Below are positions 57,792 to 64,000 of a DNA stretch of 64,000 bases, piece by piece. The translations under genes and the position numbers were made by a program. Source of the stretch: an uncultured Lentisphaerales bacterium (GTDB lineage: Bacteria > Verrucomicrobiota > Lentisphaeria > JABSQK01); assembly GCA_964384625.1 (NCBI GenBank), contig CAYLNH010000008.1, positions 629 to 64,628 of the forward strand, read 5' to 3'. Position 1 is the stretch's first letter. Every line of letters begins with the position of its first letter. Under the pieces are notes generated by a model. The model was not told where the DNA came from, did no database searches, and was given only the letters and a program-made list of their open reading frames with translations.

Positions 57792-58811
57792 TCACCGGGC
57801 GGCAGCGTAGGCTTCTTCGTAGGCTTCCAGCATGTCGGGAAGGAGTTCCTCGGCGTTGATGTCGTAGGGACAGCGCTCATGGCACTGGCCGCAGTGGACA
57901 CAATCTTCGATCCGCAGCATTTTTTCGCGGAACTCCGGCGACAGCAGGCCGCCGGTGGGCATGCGGCCCAGACAGTACGTGATGCGCGCGGCCATGGGAA
58001 TGGGGATCTCGGCCGGACAGGGCAGGCAGTAGCCGCAGGCCCGACAGAAGTTGCCGGCGAGCTCCTCCTTGTCTTTCGCCACCAGCGCCCGGATCTCGTC
58101 GTCGTACGCCGGCGGATCGGCATCCAGCGCCAGGAACTCCTCGAGTTCCCGCAGCTTCTGGCAGCCCCAGATCGGCACGACATTGTCGAACCGGTGCAGG
58201 AAAGTAAACGCCATCCGCGCGTTGCTCAGGATGCCGCCGCACATGGCTTTCATCGCAATCAACCCGACGTCATGCTCTTTGCAGAGCGGGATCAGGGCCA
58301 GGTCTTCGCCGTTGGAGATGGCGCTGAGCGGGAACTGCAGGGTGTCGTACAACCCCGACTCGACAGCTTCCCGGGCGACCGCCAGACGATGGTTGGTGAT
58401 GCCGATATGCCGGATCATCCCTTGTTCTTTGGCTTTGACCAGAGCGGCATAGGACGACGTCGAATCGGCGGGATCCGGCAACTGCGCCGGGTTGTGCAGC
58501 TGCATGATGTCGACGTAGTCGGTCTTCATGTTGGTCAGACTTGTCTCGAGCTGCGCCATGATGCCGTCGTAGGTTGTCGCCCCGGACTTGGTGGCAATGA
58601 CGATGTCCCGGCGCACATCAGCCAGGGCGTACCCGATTTTCTCTTCGCTGTCGGAGTAGGCGCGGGCGGTATCGAAGAAGGTGATGCCGGCGTCATAGGC
58701 GCGGCGCAGGATCGCGGCGGCAGCGTCAAAGGAGACGCGTTGAATCGGCAACGCACCAAAACCGGTGCGGGTGATAGTTAAATTGGTCTTGCCCAGACGA
58801 AAGGTTTCCAT
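57792..58811 (-). CDS. Aldo/keto reductase with a C-terminal 4Fe-4S cluster-binding domain
   Basis: METFRLGKTNLTITRTGFGALPIQR...FFDTARAYSDSE... The C-terminus has Cys clusters CRACGYCLPCP...CVHCGQCHERCP. Confidence 0.85.
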   Translation of the reverse strand: METFRLGKTNLTITRTGFGALPIQRVSFDAAAAILRRAYDAGITFFDTARAYSDSEEKIGYALADVRRDIVIATKSGATTYDGIMAQLETSLTNMKTDYVDIMQLHNPAQLPDPADSTSSYAALVKAKEQGMIRHIGITNHRLAVAREAVESGLYDTLQFPLSAISNGEDLALIPLCKEHDVGLIAMKAMCGGILSNARMAFTFLHRFDNVVPIWGCQKLRELEEFLALDADPPAYDDEIRALVAKDKEELAGNFCRACGYCLPCPAEIPIPMAARITYCLGRMPTGGLLSPEFREKMLRIEDCVHCGQCHERCPYDINAEELLPDMLEAYEEAYAAAR

Positions 58812-59101
58812 ACGGACTCCGATTGGTGGTTCACACGATTCCGGAATATACCGGATGCCGACACCCCTGTCCATCGCCGGCCAGGACCATCCGGACGAGA
58901 CACCTGTTGCCAGCCGGCCGGGAATGGCTCTGGCCTGAGACGTGCCCGGGGCGTTGGGCCGACCCTCCTTCAGCGCCAACGGCGGTGCACACAGGGCCCC
59001 TTCAGCGCGCAGAGACTCAACGAGATGCATTACATCAACGGTCCCCGGAGCCCGGACTGATTACACGAAAGAGACATCGCCTGTCCCGAATACCCCTGCA
59101 A

Positions 59102-60097
59102 TCAACCGTATTGGGGCCGGGAAGACAGCCGGATAACGGTGTCGGTTTCGGCCGCTCGATTGGCTGCGAGAGCAGCGGCCAGGCTGCGGATGGCGTCGGC
59201 GGCAGTCACCGGCATCGGGGCGCCCGCTGTCAAGGCGTCCAGAAAGGCGTCGACACAAGCAGCACTGCCGGATTCCATGGTCTCGCCGGAGAAATCCAGG
59301 ATCTCCTCAGTACCGCTTCGCGAACGGAATCGGCCGTCGGCAATCATGCCTTCACTGCCGATTGCCATGAGGCCGTCGCCGCCGAACGGCGGCGTCGATT
59401 CATAGGTGAATACGACTTCGCCGATGGCGCCGTCCTGCAACTCGAACAACGACGCGATCGTCTTGTAATGATGAAACCCAATCGGCCCGATCCGATTGCC
59501 CAGAGCCCGCACACTCAGGACCTCCTTACCGCTGAGCCAGCGCATCAGGTCCACCTGATGAACGCCGCTGCCCGTGATGGCCGTACGCCCGGCTTCCGCG
59601 CCCGCATACCACGGCGCCCGGGCAAATTTCTTCGCCGCATTCTGCAGCCCCTGCAGACGTACGTAGATGATGTCTCCCAAAGCGCCGGCGGCAATCAACT
59701 CCCGAGCCCGGGCATAGCTCGGGCGGAACCGTCGCTCGTGGGCGATCATCAAGCGGCCGGCGGCCGCGGCAGCCGCCGCTTCAATCGCCGCAGCATCCTC
59801 CAGGTTGGTGGCAATCGGCTTGGTCAACAACACGTGCGCGCCCAACGCCAGGATCGCCTCCGCCTGTTGCCGGTGAAAGGCGTCGGGCGTGACCACACTG
59901 ACGGCTTCCGGAACTTCCGCCGCCAGCATGGCGTCGAGCGCCGCGTAGCAGACCGCCGGCGTCTGCAGTTGTTCCGCGAATTCCCGGGCTCGGTCAAGGT
60001 CCACGTCACAAAGCGCGATGGAGCTGACCTCCTCCCGTCGATCATAGGTCAGGGCATGGGTTTTTCCGAGGCCGAGGCCGACAACTCCAACACGCAT
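59102..60097 (-). CDS. Gfo/Idh/MocA family oxidoreductase
   Basis: MRVGVVGLGLGKTH...HVLLTKP..., 331 aa. Confidence 0.85.
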   Translation of the reverse strand: MRVGVVGLGLGKTHALTYDRREEVSSIALCDVDLDRAREFAEQLQTPAVCYAALDAMLAAEVPEAVSVVTPDAFHRQQAEAILALGAHVLLTKPIATNLEDAAAIEAAAAAAAGRLMIAHERRFRPSYARARELIAAGALGDIIYVRLQGLQNAAKKFARAPWYAGAEAGRTAITGSGVHQVDLMRWLSGKEVLSVRALGNRIGPIGFHHYKTIASLFELQDGAIGEVVFTYESTPPFGGDGLMAIGSEGMIADGRFRSRSGTEEILDFSGETMESGSAACVDAFLDALTAGAPMPVTAADAIRSLAAALAANRAAETDTVIRLSSRPQYG

Positions 60098-60201
60098 TCC
60101 GGTCCCTTTCGTCTTGGTTCAACTTGGTTGAATTTAGTGCAACACGGTTTTCCGGTCAAGCCCGAGTGTCGCGAAACGGCGGACTGGACGCCGGAGAACA
60201 G

Positions 60202-62058
60202 TCAGGGCGCGGCGGTTTCGAGTTTTTTGAGGTTGCGGCGGGCGAGAGTATTGGCGGGGTCGAGCTGGAGGATACGCTTGAGTTGTTGCCTGGCCTTGTC
60301 GATGTTGCCCTGTTGGGCGTGAGCGGCGGCCATGGTGTTCAGCAGTTTGATCGACGTCGGGTGTCTGTTGATTGCCGTAGTGAGGATCGGGACGGCTTCG
60401 GCGGCGCGATACTGCTCGACCAGCATGCCGCCGAGATCGGCCGCGGCTTCGGCGTGTCCGGGGGACAGTTCGAGCACCTCCAGCAGGATTGCTTCCGCCT
60501 TGACCGTGTTGCCGGCCTGGGTCTGCACATGCGCCGCCAGGACACGGGCTTTCAGGTTCATCGGTTCTTTCCGGATGAGTTCTTCCAGCGTCTTCGCGGC
60601 CGCGGTATACTGCCCGGCCCCCAGATGGCCGACGGCCTGATTGTAGAGCGAACGGTTGTTGCGGCCGCCGGTCTCGCCGCCCTTGGCAAAGTGTCTGGCG
60701 GCTTCCTCTTCCCGACCGTGCTCGGCATACCAGATACCGAGATTGTTATGCGCCACGAAGTTGCGGTCGTTGAGCCGGATTGCGTGCTTCCAGAGAGTTT
60801 CGCTGTTCTGCCAGGTACGGGCCTGTCGATACGCCAGGGCCGCCCAGACCAGAACGGGAACTGTTGAAATCGCAATCAGTGACTGCAACTTCCATTTCTT
60901 ATGCTGCCAGACGCTGGCCAAACCAACGGCAACAGCGAGGAAGATCCCGATGTGCGGAACATAGTTGTAACGATCCGCGGTCAAGTGGCCGCTGAACGGG
61001 ACGAAGCCGCACACCGGAGTCAGCATACCGACAAACCAGAACCAGCCGACGGCGATCCAGGGGCGCTTGCCGAGCTGGGCAATCGCGAGGATACTGAGAA
61101 CCAGCAACGCGGCGGCGCCTCCCAGCACGACGGGCAGCGGCCAGGACCGGCCGAGGGTCGTCGGGTGCGGGTAGAAGCAGGTGAGGCGCAACGGGGCGAG
61201 GGTCCGCCAGAGCGCCGTGCCGTAACCGTAGAACGCGCCCTCGAAGGAGATCCGGTCGCCGTCCGGCGGCACGGCGCCGGCAAGCACCTGGACGCGGTAG
61301 GTGACAATCGCGATGATGACGCTGAGTCCCGCCAGGGGGAGCTTCTCAAGGATCCGCGGGCGCAGCCGCTGCCAGCGCTCCGGCCAGCTCTGTTCGGCCC
61401 AGCTGCTCAGCGGCCAGATGTCCAGCAGCAGCAGGACGCCGGGCAGCGGCAGCAGGGTCGGCTTGGCCGTCAGTCCGAGAAAGAAAAGCAGGGCGACCAC
61501 CAGGTAGCGGGGCAGCGACCGCTTCTCGGTATAGCGGATATAGGCCCACAGCGTGAACATCAGGATGAAGGCGCTGAGGACGTCCTTGCGCGAGACGATC
61601 CAGGCCACGGGCTCAACATGTTGGGGATGCACCGCGAAAGCGGCGGCGCCGAAGGCGCTGACCCAGGTGACCAGCGGCGGCTTGAGCCCGGCGGCTTGCC
61701 GCAACAGACGACGGAGGACAACGAAGAGCAGCACCGTGGCGGCCATATGCAGCAGCAGGCTGACCGCGTGCATCGGCTTCGGGTTGAGTCCGAACAACTC
61801 GATGTCGAGCATGTGCGACAGATAAGTCAGCGGATGCCAGAGGCCCTTGATGCCGCCGCGAATGCTGTTGCTGATCCCGGGTCCGGTCAGCCCGTGTTTC
61901 ACCGCGGGGTGTTCGAAGACGAAGACGTTGTCGTCGTAGTTGACCCTGTCAAAATTCCAAACGCCCCAGAAGACGACCAGGTTCAGCAGGCAGAGTCCGC
62001 CGGCAATGATCCAGGGGGTGTAATCCCGTGTGACTGTATTGTCTGCGGCAGCGGTCAT
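60202..62058 (-). CDS. TMTC-like membrane protein: GT-C/PMT_2-type multi-TM N-terminal domain plus C-terminal TPR repeats
   Basis: About 10 TM helices, with ...HPQHVEPVAWIVSRKDVLSAF... The C-terminus has TPR repeats (...AHNNLGIWYAEHGREEEAARHFAKG...). Start is MTAAADN (62058); upstream in-frame starts are possible. Confidence 0.72.
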   Translation of the reverse strand: MTAAADNTVTRDYTPWIIAGGLCLLNLVVFWGVWNFDRVNYDDNVFVFEHPAVKHGLTGPGISNSIRGGIKGLWHPLTYLSHMLDIELFGLNPKPMHAVSLLLHMAATVLLFVVLRRLLRQAAGLKPPLVTWVSAFGAAAFAVHPQHVEPVAWIVSRKDVLSAFILMFTLWAYIRYTEKRSLPRYLVVALLFFLGLTAKPTLLPLPGVLLLLDIWPLSSWAEQSWPERWQRLRPRILEKLPLAGLSVIIAIVTYRVQVLAGAVPPDGDRISFEGAFYGYGTALWRTLAPLRLTCFYPHPTTLGRSWPLPVVLGGAAALLVLSILAIAQLGKRPWIAVGWFWFVGMLTPVCGFVPFSGHLTADRYNYVPHIGIFLAVAVGLASVWQHKKWKLQSLIAISTVPVLVWAALAYRQARTWQNSETLWKHAIRLNDRNFVAHNNLGIWYAEHGREEEAARHFAKGGETGGRNNRSLYNQAVGHLGAGQYTAAAKTLEELIRKEPMNLKARVLAAHVQTQAGNTVKAEAILLEVLELSPGHAEAAADLGGMLVEQYRAAEAVPILTTAINRHPTSIKLLNTMAAAHAQQGNIDKARQQLKRILQLDPANTLARRNLKKLETAAP

Positions 62059-62219
62059 GGCAACCCCTTGTTCTGCGGACAGCATGCTAGCTGTCCGGCC
62101 GGTCGGTGTCAAGACACGTTGTCGGGTCTGTACAATGCGTCCGTGACGGGGGGCGGCGTCGGTCGGCGTTCCGGCGCCGGCCAGCATGGCAACCAGCCGC
62201 ACAGGCGATATGTTGCCGT

Positions 62220-62636
62220 ATGCGAATTCCGGTGCTGACAGTCCTGCTCCTGCTGTTGTGCGGCTGCACGTCGACCACGTCGGTGTTCATGCTGGACTGT
62301 GCCCTGGACGACCACATGGGGGATGCCGGCCTGAAGCTTGTGTACCGCGGCACGGAAGACTACTTCCACTACCTCGATCTGCACTACAACGGGAAACGCA
62401 AGAAATACCGGGTGTCGCAGTTCGCGCTGGACGTGCGCCGGCCGTTTCCGCTCGATTCCGACCGTCGCGACATCTACTGGATCACACTGGAAGCCTACGG
62501 CGCCGACCGCATCGAAATCATGGAAGATCAACGGTGGGTGCTGACGCCGGTACAGGGGGATGCCGGCGAACTATATAAGCTGGAATTGGCGCCCAAAGAT
62601 AAAAAGAGGCATCCGGAAAGCCGGAATCGGCCGTGA
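62220..62636 (+). CDS. Putative lipoprotein
   Basis: MRIPVLTVLLLLLCGC lipobox. 138 aa. I recognise no family. Confidence 0.58.
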   Translation: MRIPVLTVLLLLLCGCTSTTSVFMLDCALDDHMGDAGLKLVYRGTEDYFHYLDLHYNGKRKKYRVSQFALDVRRPFPLDSDRRDIYWITLEAYGADRIEIMEDQRWVLTPVQGDAGELYKLELAPKDKKRHPESRNRP

Positions 62637-62845
62637 TTTCGGGACAAACAGATTATGTACTTTCTCTGTTTTTGAGCCTTGACGGTGCCCGAGATTTGAC
62701 TCTAGGTTACCTATAGACAGACAGACTGCCTGACCGGGCCCGGGGGTTTGGTGCCCGGCGCAAAACGGCCGCAGCAAGCTCCTCCCGGTTGACAATTGAA
62801 TACTGGGCGCAGTACACCTCGAGGCGAGGAAAGGAGCGCAGCCGC

Positions 62846-64000
62846 ATGCGATCGTTCAGAGAGCTCATTCGCGACCGAACGACGAAGCCCTTCATGGTCG
62901 GCGTCGAACTTGTCACTTCCCGCAGTACACTGGAATCCAAGGACGGCCGGAAGGTGACCAAACTGGCCGATGCCGCGACCGAGTGGGAGGCGGTGGACTG
63001 GGTCAGCATCACAGACAATGCCGGCGGCAATCCGATGCTGGCGCCGTCGACGCTGGGCCGTCGCGTCCTGGACCGGGGGAAAGACGTCATTGTTCATCTT
63101 GCCTGCAAGGACCGCAACCGGAACGCCATCGAGTCGGTGGCCTGGCAATACCACTCCGAGGGGCTGCACAACATTCTGGCGTTGACCGGGGACTATCCGG
63201 TCAGCGGCTATCGCGGGATTGCCGCGCCGGTATTTGACCTGGACGCCTGTACGCTGTTGCGGATGCTGTCTGAGATGAACGACGGCCTGCAGGTCCCCGG
63301 CCGCAAACCGGGCAGCGTGATCGACCTGCCGGCCACCGATTTCTTCCTGGGCGCCGCGGTGTCGCCGTTCAAAGCGAACGAAGCCGAGCTGATGTGTCAG
63401 TATCTGAAGATGGAGCTCAAGGTGAAGAACGGCGCCGGCTTTCTGATCCCGCAGATCGGCTACGACATGCGCAAGAGCCACGAGCTCACCGCCTATCTGA
63501 AACAGCGCCGGCTCGACGTCCCGGTCTTCGGCAACATTTACCGTTTGACCAAAACCGTCGCGGGTCTGTTCAACAAGCGGATCATCCCGGGCTGCTACGT
63601 GTCGGACAAGCTGCTGGCCGAGATCAGGAAGGCGGCAGAGGCCGAGGACAAGGGCAAGAGCTTCTTCCTCGAGTTGGCCGCGCGGCAATATGCCTGCTTC
63701 AAAGGCCTTGGGTACCGGGGCGCCTACATCGGCGGCTTCACGAAAATGGACGACGCCAGGAAGATTGTCGAACTCGGCGAGTCCTTCGGCGAAGACGACT
63801 GGAAGGAATTCGCCAAAGACCTGATCTACCCGGAAGACCGGGATTTTTATCTGTTCGCCGAGGACCCGGAGACGAAACTGGCGGACCCGGACCGCAAGAG
63901 CCCCGAGATCCTCGCCGCGGCCGACCAGGTCGACCGCAAAGAGATCACCCTGATGTATCGCCTCAACCGCTTCGTCCACAAGCTCGTGTTCGAGCCGACG
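62846..64000 (+). CDS. metF: Methylenetetrahydrofolate reductase family protein (long form), 3' end outside the window
   Basis: AAGGAG lies 9 nt upstream of the ATG at 62846. I translated the frame, which stays open for 385 codons to the window end: MRSFRELIRDRTTKPFMVGVELVTSR...ITDNAGGNPML...HLACKDRNRNAIES...LALTGDYP...AVSPFK...PQIGYD... Absent from the ORF track because it has no stop in the window. Confidence 0.8.
   Translation, partial: MRSFRELIRDRTTKPFMVGVELVTSRSTLESKDGRKVTKLADAATEWEAVDWVSITDNAGGNPMLAPSTLGRRVLDRGKDVIVHLACKDRNRNAIESVAWQYHSEGLHNILALTGDYPVSGYRGIAAPVFDLDACTLLRMLSEMNDGLQVPGRKPGSVIDLPATDFFLGAAVSPFKANEAELMCQYLKMELKVKNGAGFLIPQIGYDMRKSHELTAYLKQRRLDVPVFGNIYRLTKTVAGLFNKRIIPGCYVSDKLLAEIRKAAEAEDKGKSFFLELAARQYACFKGLGYRGAYIGGFTKMDDARKIVELGESFGEDDWKEFAKDLIYPEDRDFYLFAEDPETKLADPDRKSPEILAAADQVDRKEITLMYRLNRFVHKLVFEPT

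Noticed and set aside
62711-63979. 422-aa minus-strand ORF at the right end
   Set aside because: The plus strand carries an open frame with an AAGGAG RBS and clear methylenetetrahydrofolate-reductase-family motifs, running off the window. It is missing from the track only because it has no stop. The minus ORF is its shadow.

Overview
High-GC (roughly 60-65% by eye) bacterial chromosomal segment, densely coding: about 50 protein genes. I found no rRNA, tRNA, CRISPR array or transposase. The gene content points to a polysaccharide-degrading, PVC-superphylum-like organism (inference only). That content includes two Cys-type sulfatases and a GHL6-type glycosidase (three AraC regulators in total, two of them divergent from a sulfatase or the glycosidase), a 1112-aa PA14/FlgD-Ig secreted protein, HEAT/TPR/MORN repeat proteins and several Gfo/Idh/MocA oxidoreductases. 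Housekeeping genes: recA (partial, window edge), sppA, gdhA, xerD, leuA, ligA, trpF, kpsF, waaA and a metF-like gene (partial, window edge). Many long ORFs in the supplied track are antisense shadows of real genes. Several real genes start downstream of the first start codon in the track; those starts were re-placed using RBS and homology. Observations most worth follow-up: (1) a 45-codon Leu-rich leader ORF with competing stems upstream of leuA; (2) a homologue of the archaeal nitrogen repressor NrpR divergent from gdhA, with a 7+7 palindrome between them; (3) two homologous tandem-heptamer (NNAAATC) leader elements, one filling an intercistronic gap up to a start codon that lacks an SD; (4) a dispersed ~60-75 nt repeat family lying 3' of three minus-strand genes; (5) two long gene-free, hairpin-dense regions (2775-3641 and 47279-48005); (6) an operon of a double-SWIM SNF2 helicase with a polybasic/polyacidic small protein, next to a decayed PIN toxin gene; (7) a low-GC AbiEii-type toxin-antitoxin islet. 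I cannot show that any of these is a genuinely new system without database searches.
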